Of a DNA stretch of 56,388 nt, positions 30,437-40,952 are shown piece after piece. The stretch is taken from the IMG/VR virus record IMGVR_UViG_2909282993_000001, positions 1-56,388 of that record; one strand, written 5' to 3'. Source of the DNA: a virus (taxonomy: Duplodnaviria > Heunggongvirae > Uroviricota > Caudoviricetes). The notes beneath the pieces were generated by a model. That model was not told where the DNA came from. It ran no database searches and worked only from the letters and a program-made list of their open reading frames with translations. Position 1 is the stretch's first letter. Each line of letters starts with the position of its first letter. The translations under genes were made by a program, and so were the position numbers.

Positions 30437-31813
30437 ATGGCATTACCAGTAAATATTACTACTGATAATAAATATGGGACTTATATGACGTGGAAAGACA
30501 GGCTTCAGGATGCGTCATTTCGCAGCGTGCCGTTTAAGGTTGAAGAAGAAAGTGCGGGAACCGGTCGCCGTGTGGAAACACATGAATACCCGAACCGCGA
30601 CAAGCCCTATACCGAAGATCTGGGAAAAGTCACTTTCCGCCCGTCCATCACAGCTTATGTGGTGGGAGATGACTGCTTTGACCAGCGCGATCGCCTGATT
30701 GAAGCGCTGAATAAACCCGGTCCCGGCACGCTTGTCCACCCGACATATGGTGAGCTGAAAGTCTGTGTTGACGGGGAAGTTCGGGTCAGCACATCGAAAA
30801 GTGAAGGGCGTATTGTCCGCTTTGACCTGAAGTTTGTCGAAGCAGGAGAACTCTCTTACCCCACATCAGGTGCGGCGACGGCGCAGACGCTGATATCATC
30901 CTGTTCTGCACTGGATGACTGCATCAGTGACAGCTTCAGCGGTTTCAGTATCGATGGTGTGGCGGATTTCGTGCAGAACGACGTTATCGGTAATGCCAGC
31001 ATGATGCTGGGGTATGTTTCTGATGCGATGAAAGTGGTGGATTCTGCCGTATCGGATGCCGCCAGGCTGTTGCAGGGGGATATCTCGGTACTTCTGCCGC
31101 CGCCATCGTCAGGCAAAAATTTCGTTGAGCAGGTGCAGAAAATGTGGCGTACCGGGAAACGCCTTTATGGTAACGCCAGCGACCTGGTCACCATGATCAA
31201 AACGCTTTCCGGTGTCAGCCTCGGCAGCGATCTGCAACCGCGCGGCGTCTGGAAAACGGACAGTAAAACCACCGCCACGGCGACGCAGCAGCGTAACGTG
31301 GTTGCCAGCACCCTTCGTACGACCGCAATCAGCGAAGCGGCGTATGCCGTCACCCGATTGCCTGCGCCAACAATTTCCGCGGTGATGCAGAATTCCGCAG
31401 TGGGGCAGGCAACAACACCCGCGCAGAGCACTGGCTGGCCTTCCGTCACGCATCCGGCACTGAACAATGCACCGGCGGTGAAAAACACGGTTGACCTGCC
31501 GACGTGGGAAGAACTGACTGACATTCGCGACACACTGAATACGGCAATTGATAAGGAGTTGTCCCGTACAACCAGTGATGCGCTGTTTCTGGCGCTGCGC
31601 CGGGTGAAAGCAGATCTGAATGCGGATATCAACACGCGCCTTGAACAGTCTGCACGGATCATTCAGCGCACACCGGATGAGGTTTTACCCGCGCTGGTGC
31701 TGGCGGCGACCTGGTTTGATAACGCGGCGCGTGACGCGGACATTATCCGGCGTAATGCCATTACGCATCCCGGCTTTGTGCCGGTGATCCCTCTGAAGGT
31801 GCCAGTGCAATGA
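30437..31813 (+). CDS. DNA circulation protein (Mu gpN-like)
   Basis: 458 aa immediately after the tape measure region. Confidence 0.65.
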   Translation: MALPVNITTDNKYGTYMTWKDRLQDASFRSVPFKVEEESAGTGRRVETHEYPNRDKPYTEDLGKVTFRPSITAYVVGDDCFDQRDRLIEALNKPGPGTLVHPTYGELKVCVDGEVRVSTSKSEGRIVRFDLKFVEAGELSYPTSGAATAQTLISSCSALDDCISDSFSGFSIDGVADFVQNDVIGNASMMLGYVSDAMKVVDSAVSDAARLLQGDISVLLPPPSSGKNFVEQVQKMWRTGKRLYGNASDLVTMIKTLSGVSLGSDLQPRGVWKTDSKTTATATQQRNVVASTLRTTAISEAAYAVTRLPAPTISAVMQNSAVGQATTPAQSTGWPSVTHPALNNAPAVKNTVDLPTWEELTDIRDTLNTAIDKELSRTTSDALFLALRRVKADLNADINTRLEQSARIIQRTPDEVLPALVLAATWFDNAARDADIIRRNAITHPGFVPVIPLKVPVQ

Positions 31814-32889
31814 ACGACAATGTCACGCTACGGGTAAATGGCCGGGAGTGGAATGGCTGGACATCGGTGCGCATCGGTGCCGGTATTGAACGGCTGGCGC
31901 GGGATTTCAGTGTGGAGATCACTCGCCAGTGGCCGGGAGATGAGGGTATCACCACGCTTCAGCCGCGCATTAAAAACGGTTCAAAAGTGGAAGTGCTGAT
32001 TGGTGATGAGCTGGTGATCACCGGCTGGGTGGAGGCGACGCCCGTTCGTTACGATGCCCGTTCGGTCAGCACCGGTATTGCCGGACGCAGTCTGACCGCT
32101 GACCTGATTGACTGTGCAGCCGAACCGACACAGTTTAACGGACGATCGCTGGTACAGATTGCGCAGGCGCTTGCTGCGCCTTTCGGCATTGAGGTGGTGA
32201 ACAGCGGTGCGCCGTCGGGTGTTATTCCTGATGTCCAGCCTGATCACGGTGAAACGGTGATTGAGGTAATCAACAAAATACTCGGTCAGCAGCAGGCACT
32301 GGCTTACGACGACCCGCACGGCAGGCTGGTGATTGGCGGTATTGGCTCAACGCGGGCACATACCGCGCTGGTACTCGGGGAAAACATCCTTTCCTGCGAT
32401 ACGGAGAAGAGTATCCGGGAGCGGTTTTCTGTTTACCAGGTGGCGGGGCAGCGTGCCGGAAACGACGATGATTTCGGTGAGGTCACCACCACCGCGCTGC
32501 GGGCCCGCACAGAGGACGCATTTATTGCCCGTTACCGTCCGATGTATATCAGGCAGACAGGGCAGGCTACGGGGGCAGGCTGTATTGCGCGTGCTGACTT
32601 TGAAGCCCGGCAACGGGCGGCGCGGACGGATGAAACCACCTATGTGGTGCAGGGCTGGCGACAGGGTAACGGTACGCTGTGGCAGCCCAACCAGCGGGTG
32701 ATTGTCTTTGATCCGGTCTGTGGTTTCGACAATACCGAACTGCTTGTCTCGGAAGTCACGTTTACTCAGGACCAGAACGGCACCCTGACGGAAATCCGTG
32801 TCGGCCCGCCTGATGCTTATCTGCCTGAACCCGAAGATCCCGGCGCGCGGAAAAAGAAAAAAGCCAGAGTACAGGAGGATCCGTTCTGA
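31810..32889 (+). CDS. baseplate hub protein (Mu gpP-like)
   Basis: 359 aa; position. Confidence 0.65.
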   Translation: MNDNVTLRVNGREWNGWTSVRIGAGIERLARDFSVEITRQWPGDEGITTLQPRIKNGSKVEVLIGDELVITGWVEATPVRYDARSVSTGIAGRSLTADLIDCAAEPTQFNGRSLVQIAQALAAPFGIEVVNSGAPSGVIPDVQPDHGETVIEVINKILGQQQALAYDDPHGRLVIGGIGSTRAHTALVLGENILSCDTEKSIRERFSVYQVAGQRAGNDDDFGEVTTTALRARTEDAFIARYRPMYIRQTGQATGAGCIARADFEARQRAARTDETTYVVQGWRQGNGTLWQPNQRVIVFDPVCGFDNTELLVSEVTFTQDQNGTLTEIRVGPPDAYLPEPEDPGARKKKKARVQEDPF

Positions 32890-33437
32890 TGAGGACGATT
32901 GAAGCCATGCAGCGACAACTTCTCGGCCTGATTGGGCGGGCAGTGGTGAAAAGCATCAGTGCCGCCACGAAATGTCAGACCGTGGATGTGTCCCTGATTG
33001 CCGGTGAACCCAAAGCCGGGGTTGAACATCTTGAACCCTACGGTTTTACCGCAAGGGCAAACAGCGGTGCGGAAGCGGTGGTGTTGTTTCCGGATGGCGA
33101 CCGTTCTCATGCGGTGGTTGTTACGGTGTCGGACCGGCGCTACCGCCTGAAAGGGCTGCAGACGGGTGAGGTGGCTGTCTATGACGATCAGGGGCAGTCC
33201 GTAACGCTGACCCGGGAGGGGATCGTGGTGGACGGTGCAGGTAAAACGATCACGTTTCGCAATGCACCTGAAGCACGTTTTGAAATGGACCTGGAAGTGA
33301 CAGGACAGGTGAAAGACCTGTGCGACTCCGGCGGCACCACCATGTCAGCGATGCGGCTTGCCTATAACGGGCATCGTCACAGAGAGAACGGTCAGGGCAG
33401 TAACACCGACAAACCTGATAAAGCGATGGAGGCATGA
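32889..33437 (+). CDS. baseplate spike/assembly protein (gpV-like)
   Basis: 182 aa; position. Confidence 0.6.
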   Translation: MRTIEAMQRQLLGLIGRAVVKSISAATKCQTVDVSLIAGEPKAGVEHLEPYGFTARANSGAEAVVLFPDGDRSHAVVVTVSDRRYRLKGLQTGEVAVYDDQGQSVTLTREGIVVDGAGKTITFRNAPEARFEMDLEVTGQVKDLCDSGGTTMSAMRLAYNGHRHRENGQGSNTDKPDKAMEA

Positions 33438-33862
33438 TGGAACTGTGGCTGACGGTGAACGGTAAACGCACCTGCGCCAGCGCACCGCTGGATCCGCTGA
33501 CCCGCGCCGTGGTGATTTCCCTGTTTACCTGGCGGCGGGCGGAGCCTGATGACAACGCTGACGTCCCGATGGGATGGTGGGGGGATACCTGGCCTGCGGT
33601 ACAGAATGACCGTTACGGCTCCCGACTGTGGCTGCTTCAGCGCAGCAAACTGACCAATCAGCTGGTGCAGACGGTAAGGGGGTATATCCGCGAATGCCTG
33701 CAATGGATGATTGATGACGGCGTGGTGTCCCGCATTGATCTGGATATCCGCCGCACCGGGATTAATGAGCTGGGTAACAGTATCACCCTCTGGCGTCGTG
33801 ACGAACCGGTAATGATTTCTTTTGATGATCTGTGGAGTGCGATAACGCATGGCGGACAGTGA
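33434..33862 (+). CDS. baseplate protein (gp46/gpW-like)
   Basis: 142 aa; position. Confidence 0.55.
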   Translation: MMELWLTVNGKRTCASAPLDPLTRAVVISLFTWRRAEPDDNADVPMGWWGDTWPAVQNDRYGSRLWLLQRSKLTNQLVQTVRGYIRECLQWMIDDGVVSRIDLDIRRTGINELGNSITLWRRDEPVMISFDDLWSAITHGGQ

Positions 33863-34907
33863 ATTTCAGCGCCCGACGCTGGCAGAAAATATCAGTATGC
33901 TCCGTAACGATTTATTCGCCAGGCTGGACGTCAGCGACACGCTCCGGCGCATGGATGAAGACGTGCGGGCAAAGGTGTATGCGGCGGCGCTGCATACGGT
34001 CTACGGTTACATCGATTATCTGGCAATGAATATGCTGCCTGACCTGTGCGATGAGTCCTGGCTGGCGCGACATGCTGCGATGAAACGGTGTCCGCGCAAG
34101 GGAGCCACGGTTGCCAGCGGGTATATGCGCTGGGAAGGTGTCAGCGATGGCCTGAAGGTGACTGCCGGGAGTGTTATTCAGCGCGATGACCTGGTGCAGT
34201 ACACGACAACTGACGATGCAATCAGCTCCGGTGGTGTCCTGCGCGTGCCGATCGCCTGCTCAAGTGCAGGTGCGGTCGGTAACGCTGACGACGGTACGGC
34301 ATTAATCCTGGTCACGCCGGTGAATGGTCTGCCGTCTTCCGGCGAGGCAGATACCCTGACAGGTGGATTTGATACTGAAGAGCTGGAAACGTGGCGCGCC
34401 CGCGTCATTGAGCGGTATTACTGGACGCCTCAGGGCGGGGCTGACGGGGACTATGTCGTCTGGGCTAAAGAAGTGCCCGGCATTACCCGCGCATGGACAT
34501 ACCGTCACTGGATGGGAACGGGAACTGTCGGTGTGATGATTGCCAGCAGTGACCTGATTAATCCCATTCCGGAAGAATCAACGGAAACGGCGGCAAGACA
34601 ACATATCGGGCCACTGGCCCCGGTGGCAGGCTCTGATTTGTATGTGTTCAGGCCGGTGGCACATACGGTGGATTTTCATATCCGCGTGACGCCGGACACA
34701 CCGGAAATACGGGCTGCCATCACCGCGGAGTTGCGTTCGTTCCTGCTGCGTGATGGTTATCCGCAGGGAGAACTGAAGGTATCGCGTATCAGTGAGGCGA
34801 TTTCCGGTGCGAACGGGGAATACAGCCATCAGTTGCTTGCACCGGCAGACAATATCTCCATTGCAAAAAATGAACTGGCGGTACTGGGGACGATTTCATG
34901 GACGTGA
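33849..34907 (+). CDS. baseplate J-like protein
   Basis: 352 aa; position. Confidence 0.7.
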   Translation: MADSEFQRPTLAENISMLRNDLFARLDVSDTLRRMDEDVRAKVYAAALHTVYGYIDYLAMNMLPDLCDESWLARHAAMKRCPRKGATVASGYMRWEGVSDGLKVTAGSVIQRDDLVQYTTTDDAISSGGVLRVPIACSSAGAVGNADDGTALILVTPVNGLPSSGEADTLTGGFDTEELETWRARVIERYYWTPQGGADGDYVVWAKEVPGITRAWTYRHWMGTGTVGVMIASSDLINPIPEESTETAARQHIGPLAPVAGSDLYVFRPVAHTVDFHIRVTPDTPEIRAAITAELRSFLLRDGYPQGELKVSRISEAISGANGEYSHQLLAPADNISIAKNELAVLGTISWT

Positions 34908-35482
34908 CAAACGATGATTACATCCGTCTGTTGTCGGCACTGTTGCCCCCCGGTCCGGCGTGGTCAGCCAGCGATCCGTCGATTGCCGGTGCGGCACCGT
35001 CATTAACCCGCGTTCATCAGCGTGCGGATGCCCTGATGCGGGAGCTGGATCCGCGCACCACCACTGAACTGATAAACCGCTGGGAGCGTCTGTGCGGTCT
35101 GCCGGATGAATGTATTCCCGCAGGGACACAGACCCTTCGCCAGCGTCAGCAACGGCTGGATGCGAAGGTTAACCTGGCGGGCGGCATCAACGAGAATTTT
35201 TATCTTGCACAGCTTGCAGCCCTGGGCAGACCAGACGCTACCATCACGCGATACGACAAAAGCACGTTCACCTGCTCATCGGCCTGTACTGACGCGGTGA
35301 ATGCGCCGGAATGGCGGTATTACTGGCAGGTCAACATGCCAGCCGCCACAAACACCACCTGGATGACATGTGGCGATCCCTGTGATTCCGCGCTGCGTAT
35401 CTGGGGCGACACCGTTGTCGAATGTGTGCTTAACAAACTCTGCCCGTCGCATACCTACGTAATTTTTAAATATCCGGAGTAA
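34898..35482 (+). CDS. tail protein (Mu gp48-like)
   Basis: 194 aa between baseplate J and tail fibre. Confidence 0.55.
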   Translation: MDVTNDDYIRLLSALLPPGPAWSASDPSIAGAAPSLTRVHQRADALMRELDPRTTTELINRWERLCGLPDECIPAGTQTLRQRQQRLDAKVNLAGGINENFYLAQLAALGRPDATITRYDKSTFTCSSACTDAVNAPEWRYYWQVNMPAATNTTWMTCGDPCDSALRIWGDTVVECVLNKLCPSHTYVIFKYPE

Positions 35483-35485
35483 TCC

Positions 35486-36271
35486 ATGCATCGTATAGAC
35501 ACGAAAACCGCGCAGAAGGATAAGTTCGGCGCGGGTAAGAACGGTTTTACCCGTGGTAACCCCCAGACCGGCACACCTGCCACCGATCTGGATGATGACT
35601 ACTTTGACATGTTGCAGGAGGAGCTTTGCAGCGTGGTGGAGGCATCCGGTGCCAGCCTGGAGAAGGGGCGGCACGACCAGTTGCTTACCGCGCTTCGTGC
35701 GCTGCTGTTAAGCCGCAAGAATCCGTTTGGCGATATCAAATCGGATGGCACGGTGAAAACGGCTCTCGAAAACCTTGGTTTGGGAGAAGGCTCTGCATTA
35801 CCTGTTGGTGTGCCTGTTCCATGGCCTTCAGCCACACCGCCAACAGGCTGGCTGAAATGCAACGGTGCGGCATTTTCTGCTGAAGAATACCCGGAACTGG
35901 CAAAGGCTTACCCGACAAATAAATTGCCTGATTTACGTGGTGAGTTCATTCGTGGCTGGGATGATGAACGTGGTGTGGATAGTGGGCGAACTCTGCTTTC
36001 AGCGCAAGGAGATGCTATTCGAAACATTACTGGCGGTTTTGGTCAGTTGCGCGTAAACAGCGAAATTAATGCAATTGTCGATGTTCAAAGTGTGAGTGGG
36101 GCTTTTTACGGAGGTACCTCAGTCCGGAATAACATCAATGTATCTATGACATACGCTAATGACCGAAAAATCCGACAAGATGTTCACTTCTCGGCGGCAA
36201 ATGTTGTTCCAACAGCAAATGAAAATCGTCCACGTAACATCGCCTTTAATTATATTGTGAGGGCCGCATGA
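35486..36271 (+). CDS. tail fibre protein (constant N-terminus plus variable C-terminus Sv)
   Basis: 261 aa; crossover site at 35763..35788 lies inside the gene and encodes NLGLGE. Confidence 0.75.
   Translation: MHRIDTKTAQKDKFGAGKNGFTRGNPQTGTPATDLDDDYFDMLQEELCSVVEASGASLEKGRHDQLLTALRALLLSRKNPFGDIKSDGTVKTALENLGLGEGSALPVGVPVPWPSATPPTGWLKCNGAAFSAEEYPELAKAYPTNKLPDLRGEFIRGWDDERGVDSGRTLLSAQGDAIRNITGGFGQLRVNSEINAIVDVQSVSGAFYGGTSVRNNINVSMTYANDRKIRQDVHFSAANVVPTANENRPRNIAFNYIVRAA
35763..35788. repeat. invertase crossover site (left), inverted copy
   Basis: CTCTCGAAAACCTTGGTTTGGGAGAA; its reverse complement shares the TTCTCCCAAACC half-site with the right site. Confidence 0.7.
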
Positions 36272-36873
36272 TGAATAAAGCCGTATTGAATAGTGAACTC
36301 ATTGCCATAAAAGCGGGAGACATTATCATTTATAATTATGATGGTGAAACGCGGGAATATATTTCTACATCAACTGAATATCTCGCTGTCGGCGTCGGTA
36401 TCCCGGCATGTTCCTGTTTGGATGCACCAGGTACACATAAAGCTGGTTATGCAATCTGTCGCTCTGTAGATTTAAATTCATGGGAATATGTGCCAGACCA
36501 TCGCGGTGAAGTTGTCTATAGTACCGAAACGGGAGATACCAAAGAAATCGCAGTTCCGGGTGATTATCCTGAAAATACAACCACTATCGCCCCGTTAACG
36601 CCATACGATGAATGGGATGGTGAGAAATGGGTGACCGATACTGAAGCACAGCATAGCGCCGCAGTAGGCGCGGCAGAAGCACAGCGTCAGTCACTGATTG
36701 ATACTGCAATGGCTTCCATTAGTCTGATTCAACTGAAATTGCAGGCCGGGCGGAAGCTGACGCAGACAGAAAACACCCGACTTAACGCTGTGCTGGATTA
36801 CATTGACGCGGTGACGGCAACAGATACCAGCACCGCGCCGGACGTCATCTGGCCTGAACTGCCGGAGGCGTAG
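36268..36873 (+). CDS. tail fibre assembly protein (U)
   Basis: 201 aa after Sv; C-terminal region shared in kind with the alternate U'. Confidence 0.65.
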   Translation: MMNKAVLNSELIAIKAGDIIIYNYDGETREYISTSTEYLAVGVGIPACSCLDAPGTHKAGYAICRSVDLNSWEYVPDHRGEVVYSTETGDTKEIAVPGDYPENTTTIAPLTPYDEWDGEKWVTDTEAQHSAAVGAAEAQRQSLIDTAMASISLIQLKLQAGRKLTQTENTRLNAVLDYIDAVTATDTSTAPDVIWPELPEA

Positions 36874-37288
36874 GCCATTCAATATCTGGCGCACCGGAAG
36901 TATCAACCAGTTCCAGTGCGTCCAGATAATCCAGCCATAAATTATATTGTTCCAGCTCGTCACCTTTCAGACGACCAATAGCAGCTTTGCCAGGCCACTG
37001 ATGGGTATTGATGTAGGTATTGACTTCTGAAACCAAAGATATTTTTTTCATTTCAGCCGTCAACACCTCATCCTCTTTTGAAGGTGGTGGGGAATTAATC
37101 CATACTGGCCGTCCTGAACTGTCAGCGCCAATTTCTTTCCCTTCTGGATGCAGACCAAGAAATTGCTCATATGTTTCTCTGGTAATTTCAATAACATCAT
37201 CAGGAAGCGTTCCCGCATCCTCATATTCTGGAAACAATTCTTGCAGATAAAAACTTTTACTTCCGGGTGAAAAGAATACTGAGTTCAT
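36845..37288 (-). CDS. alternate tail fibre assembly protein (U')
   Basis: 147-aa ORF on the opposite strand inside the invertible segment. Confidence 0.6.
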   Translation of the reverse strand: MNSVFFSPGSKSFYLQELFPEYEDAGTLPDDVIEITRETYEQFLGLHPEGKEIGADSSGRPVWINSPPPSKEDEVLTAEMKKISLVSEVNTYINTHQWPGKAAIGRLKGDELEQYNLWLDYLDALELVDTSGAPDIEWPTPPAVQAR

Positions 37289-37290
37289 TA

Positions 37291-37785
37291 TTACCGTCCA
37301 ATGATTAACGCTGAGACGCTGGTATCTGAAGGAAAGGCTGCATTCAGTGGTTTGTCGACTTTGAACACAATCGTATTATTCCCCCTGACAGCGGCAAAAG
37401 AACAAACCGCAGTCGCGTATGAACCTGTAATATTACTGGATACACCACCATAAGCTGTTGTTGATACCAGAGGGATAACGCCCAGCACCTTATTAGGAAA
37501 TACAAAGGGTAATGTGGCTGTGGCAATATAAGACTTATTAGAACCTGTGATGGCATAAGCATTATCAGTCATTCCATTCATCGCCACTGGGCCGCTTATA
37601 CTTACAGTAACCATCTGAATGATTAGCCCGTCAGGTTGACGAATCACAAAATTTCCATTGCCACCAGTAACCGTCCAGAAAGACATATCAGGGATTTGGT
37701 TTTCCCCGTTGCCCACATTCCGTTTTGCCGCTTCTCCCAAACCAACGTTTATGAAAATGCAGAAATAACGAGCAAATGGCATCAT
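37291..37785 (-). CDS. alternate tail fibre C-terminal segment (Sv'), promoterless until inversion
   Basis: Its N-terminal region ...GLGEAAKR... is encoded across the right crossover site, mirroring NLGLGE in the expressed fibre. Confidence 0.55.
   Translation of the reverse strand: MMPFARYFCIFINVGLGEAAKRNVGNGENQIPDMSFWTVTGGNGNFVIRQPDGLIIQMVTVSISGPVAMNGMTDNAYAITGSNKSYIATATLPFVFPNKVLGVIPLVSTTAYGGVSSNITGSYATAVCSFAAVRGNNTIVFKVDKPLNAAFPSDTSVSALIIGR
37732..37757. repeat. invertase crossover site (right)
   Basis: TTCTCCCAAACCAACGTTTATGAAAA, an imperfect palindrome resembling hix/gix/pix sites. Confidence 0.7.
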
Positions 37786-37811
37786 TCCTGCTTTTGTCAG
37801 GGAGATCTACC

Positions 37812-38366
37812 ATGCTTATTGGCTATCTACGTGTGTCAACAAATGACCAGAACACAGATCTACAATGTAATGCGCTGAACTGTGCAGGATGAGAGCTGAT
37901 TTTTGAAGACAAGATAAGCGGTACAAAGTCCGAAAGGCCGGGACTGAAAAAACTGCTCAGGACATTATCGGCAGGTGATACGCTGGTGGTCTGGAAACTG
38001 GACCGACTGGGGCGCAGTATGCGGCATCTTGTCGTGCTGGTGGAGGAGTTGCGCGAACGAGGCATCAACTTTCGTAGTCTGACGGATTCAATTGATACCA
38101 GTACCCCAATGGGGCGCTTTTTCTTTCATGTGATGGGTGCCCTGGCTGAAATGGAACGTGAACTGATTGTTGAACGAACAAAAGCAGGACTGGAAGCTGC
38201 TCGCGCACAGGGACGAATTGGTGGACGTCGTCCCAAACTTACACCAGAACAATGGGCGCAGGCCGGACGATTAATTGCAGCAGGAATTCCTCGCCAGAAG
38301 GTGGCGATCATCTATGATGTTGGTGTATCGACACTGTATAAGAAGTTTCCGGTCGGAGATAAATGA
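37812..38366 (+). pseudogene. pin: Pin/Gin/Hin-family serine DNA invertase interrupted by an in-frame TGA at codon 27 (37890..37892)
   Basis: N-terminus MLIGYLRVSTNDQNTDLQ (catalytic Ser) then TGA; the downstream frame continues with ELIFEDKISG...VVWKLDRLGRS...GINFRSLTDSIDT... and a C-terminal HTH; recalled Pin has Cys at the interrupted position. Confidence 0.7.
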
Positions 38367-38776
38367 AACCGCAGGCTCGTCGTATGCAAGAAAGTGCTGC
38401 GGCTGGCCAGCTTCTGATAGTGCGAATATTGAATGATTTCTATCTGTTATAGATTTTACCGTATTTCGGCATGAATGAAACTGAATATCCTCCCACCGAT
38501 TCTCCATGACTTTACGCCACTGTCTCTAGGGCTGCTATGTGCCAGGAGCGGACGTTTCTATAAGTCAACATTCCGGCACTTTAGGTTGAAGTTTAGGAAG
38601 TTTTAGAGTTGAGAAGATTACTTTTGAACAATTGAACCTGCAGTGTTAATAGAATGGTACGAACTTTTTTAATCAACTTCTCATATTAACGCTTAAAATT
38701 CACCCAGCTTAAGTTGTTGTGTCCTTTATATAATCCTGTTATCTTATCCGTAGGGCAGTGGTGTAAAGGTGCACGC

Positions 38777-38842
38777 TCTAGCAATAGAGAGGTCCAGGTT
38801 CGAATCCTGGATGCCAAAAAACTCAAGCGAGTTTTTTGGCAT
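38777..38842. other. structured element upstream of the HEPN-like gene: GNRA hairpin, tRNA T-arm-like GGTTCGAATCC, and a 14-bp perfect palindrome
   Basis: CTCTA-GCAA-TAGAG hairpin; CCAGG-TTCGAAT-CCTGG; ATGCCAAAAAACTC-AAGC-GAGTTTTTTGGCAT. No complete tRNA cloverleaf could be built. Confidence 0.3.
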
Positions 38843-38867
38843 CAGGATTCTCGTTAGAGTATATGAG

Positions 38868-39707
38868 ATGGCTCAGAATGATACTTCACTAATAGTTCCC
38901 CCTTCTTCGTCTCCTCGTAGAGAGGATGAGTTGTATCTTTCTGATCCTGACGCTTACATTTTTAAAGTTAAGACATGGCACCAAAGCAATTTTGACTCTG
39001 TCGCAAAAGCACTTGATGAAGCTAGAAAGCAATTAAGCAACGTTATTGCTAAAACAGAAGATACAACTCTAGAGTTAACATTTACTCGGCTTTATTCGAT
39101 GCTAATGGGCATATGGATTGAATCAAGAATTCATGTTTTGCTATATGAAAACGGAGCCTTTACTGAACCAGAAAGAGCGATTGTTTACAACAACAATAGT
39201 TTGGAAGATAAATGGAAAGCTGCTTTGACTATTGCTGTAAAGAAAAGTGTTCAGTTACCATTACATATGGACTTGACCGAAGATAATTGCGATTTTAATA
39301 TTTATAATATTTATATTAAGATATCTGATTGGATCAGTGAATATTTCTCAAAAACCATTACTTATCGAAACAAAATTGCACATGGCCAATGGATCCATCC
39401 ATTTACTTCCACACGCGATGATTGGCAAAGTTCAACTTATTTTAAAATTAGTGCAGATATAACGGAGGGTTTTTTAATTCGTTACGAAAATTTACTCTCT
39501 ATAAATGAAAGGAAAAAATTGCTTAGTGCTATATGTACTGCAATTAATAACCTTGCAGTACGGCGTCGTCGTGACTATAAAGCTCAGGAGTTTAATGAGC
39601 ACTATAGAATCATTTCTAGTCACATTCGAAAACTTCGTGATTTAGACTATAGGGATTATAAAAACAATGCTCGCGCGAGTTTCCTTGCCCAGCAAAATAG
39701 AAATTAA
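38868..39707 (+). CDS. hypothetical protein with Rx4H (HEPN-like) motif; candidate abortive-infection/defence protein
   Basis: About 280 aa starting MAQNDTSL; motif ...TITYRNKIAHGQW... (R-x4-H); AT-rich cargo between the invertase and attR. Confidence 0.5.
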   Translation: MAQNDTSLIVPPSSSPRREDELYLSDPDAYIFKVKTWHQSNFDSVAKALDEARKQLSNVIAKTEDTTLELTFTRLYSMLMGIWIESRIHVLLYENGAFTEPERAIVYNNNSLEDKWKAALTIAVKKSVQLPLHMDLTEDNCDFNIYNIYIKISDWISEYFSKTITYRNKIAHGQWIHPFTSTRDDWQSSTYFKISADITEGFLIRYENLLSINERKKLLSAICTAINNLAVRRRRDYKAQEFNEHYRIISSHIRKLRDLDYRDYKNNARASFLAQQNRN

Positions 39708-39973
39708 CAAATTCGATAGTTTTCTATTTGCATTAACTTTTCACTTTCAATAAGTTATTTTTATCGCGTTTAATTAAAATTAAAATAACTCTTTTAACTA
39801 ATTTATCTTCAATATTGAAAATCTTTCAGCCTCATTGTGACGCCAATATCTGCTTCTCGCTCATAGCGGACCTTACAACCACCTGATTGGTCCGCTCCGT
39901 GTCAGGAGCGGATACCGTAAGCATTTTATCCTCTGGAGGGGCATCCCTTTCAAGAAATGCATCCGTTGTGGAT

Positions 39974-40405
39974 TTATGCAACACCTGAAGCTACTAACAA
40001 AGAACAATTTGTCTGACCAAAGGCATTTTTTAGCAGCGGGAAAAGAGGGGGAAGTTCCGTTAGCGATTTTAGAGGCTTGAGGCTCTTAAGTGATTTAAGT
40101 GATGGCAAATTAGGTGTGGTAACCATGTCTTTTACTGCACAGGCAACATAGCCATCGTGATCAATCAACATACCATTAGTAAACCAGCCTAAATGATTCC
40201 CATTGAATCCATAAACATCAAACTCATTGTTCTGGTTATGTTTAAGGTAGGCGCTTGGTTCACCCTCCCAACTATATAAAGTCAACTCGTCATCAAGTGA
40301 AATATAAACGACGGCGTTGCCTTGATTATCATATAGATCTAGGTCATTACTCGCAGTAACACAAGCTGAGAAAAGAAACATAACTAGCACGAGTGATTTT
40401 TTCAT
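39974..40405 (-). CDS. small secreted protein with SLKSLKSLKPLKSL repeat
   Basis: 143 aa; signal peptide MKKSLVLVMFLFSACVTA; AT-rich. Confidence 0.5.
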   Translation of the reverse strand: MKKSLVLVMFLFSACVTASNDLDLYDNQGNAVVYISLDDELTLYSWEGEPSAYLKHNQNNEFDVYGFNGNHLGWFTNGMLIDHDGYVACAVKDMVTTPNLPSLKSLKSLKPLKSLTELPPLFPLLKNAFGQTNCSLLVASGVA

Positions 40406-40740
40406 AACTTCTCAAGTTTCTTAGAAAGGAAAAGTTCGAACATTCTATCAAAATTATGAGGACACTAACTTCCGATTTTCGCTCATAACAGACATTCACT
40501 ACAGTTATGGTAGAAGGTATGCATGCTGGGTGGGGAAAGTATGAAGGAAAAGAAGACTGCTGCGCCGTTTGTCGTCACGTTTATCTTCATTGGCTATGCA
40601 AGTCGTAATACAAGGTGGGACAAAACTGAGACACATAAGGCCTCGCAATGGCTTGCAAGGCTTTACATGTTTTGATGTGGTGGGACGTGTGAGCGCAGTG
40701 TTGATGGGGTAATGCTTTGAATTAGAAGCGGATTCTTATA

Positions 40741-40786
40741 ATTCGTAATGCGAAGGTCGTAGGTTCGACTCCTATTATCGGCACCA
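40741..40786 (+). repeat. attR of the prophage: second copy of the thrW 3' 46 bp; also the tRNA-proximal att of the downstream island
   Basis: Exact match to 1399..1444. Confidence 0.8.
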
Positions 40787-40900
40787 TTCTAATGTATCCC
40801 CAAGTCTACTCAAGTATTTAAAAACCTCTTATAATCCGCATGTTAGCGCCCCTTTTAGTCTTTTGACGTCTACTTAAGTACTCCAAAATCTACAGTCAAT

Positions 40901-40951
40901 TGGGGGTACTTTTGGGGGTATTTGCTGTTCGGTTTAGTGGAGGTACCCCCA
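40901..40951. repeat. TGGGGGTAC-TTTTGGGGGTAT motif with internal inverted repeat, recurring at 55266..55286
   Basis: TGGGGGTAC...GTACCCCCA inverted repeat just upstream of the integrase start; near-identical motif at the other island end. Confidence 0.4.
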
Positions 40952-40952
40952 A

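Larger units (their letters stand above)
35763..37757. mobile_element. invertible tail-fibre segment (Mu G / e14 P-type)
   Basis: Two inverted 26-bp crossover sites flank Sv-U (plus strand) and U'-Sv' (minus strand); invertase gene immediately downstream. Confidence 0.7.
1399..40786. mobile_element. Prophage integrated in thrW: lambdoid regulation, HK97-type head, Mu-like contractile tail (SfV/KpLE1-like architecture)
   Basis: Bounded by 46-bp thrW direct repeats; contains integrase, immunity, replication, lysis, packaging, head and tail modules in canonical order. Confidence 0.8.

Noticed and set aside
37890..37892. In-frame TGA in the invertase as selenocysteine or programmed readthrough
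   Set aside because: No obvious SECIS-like hairpin immediately downstream, and recalled family members have Cys here; a nonsense mutation or sequencing error is more parsimonious
38751..38815. A tRNA gene suggested by the GGTTCGAATCC T-arm-like sequence
   Set aside because: No canonical cloverleaf could be built: the candidate anticodon arm has a 4-nt GCAA loop and no matching acceptor stem; treated as a tRNA-like fragment or structure only
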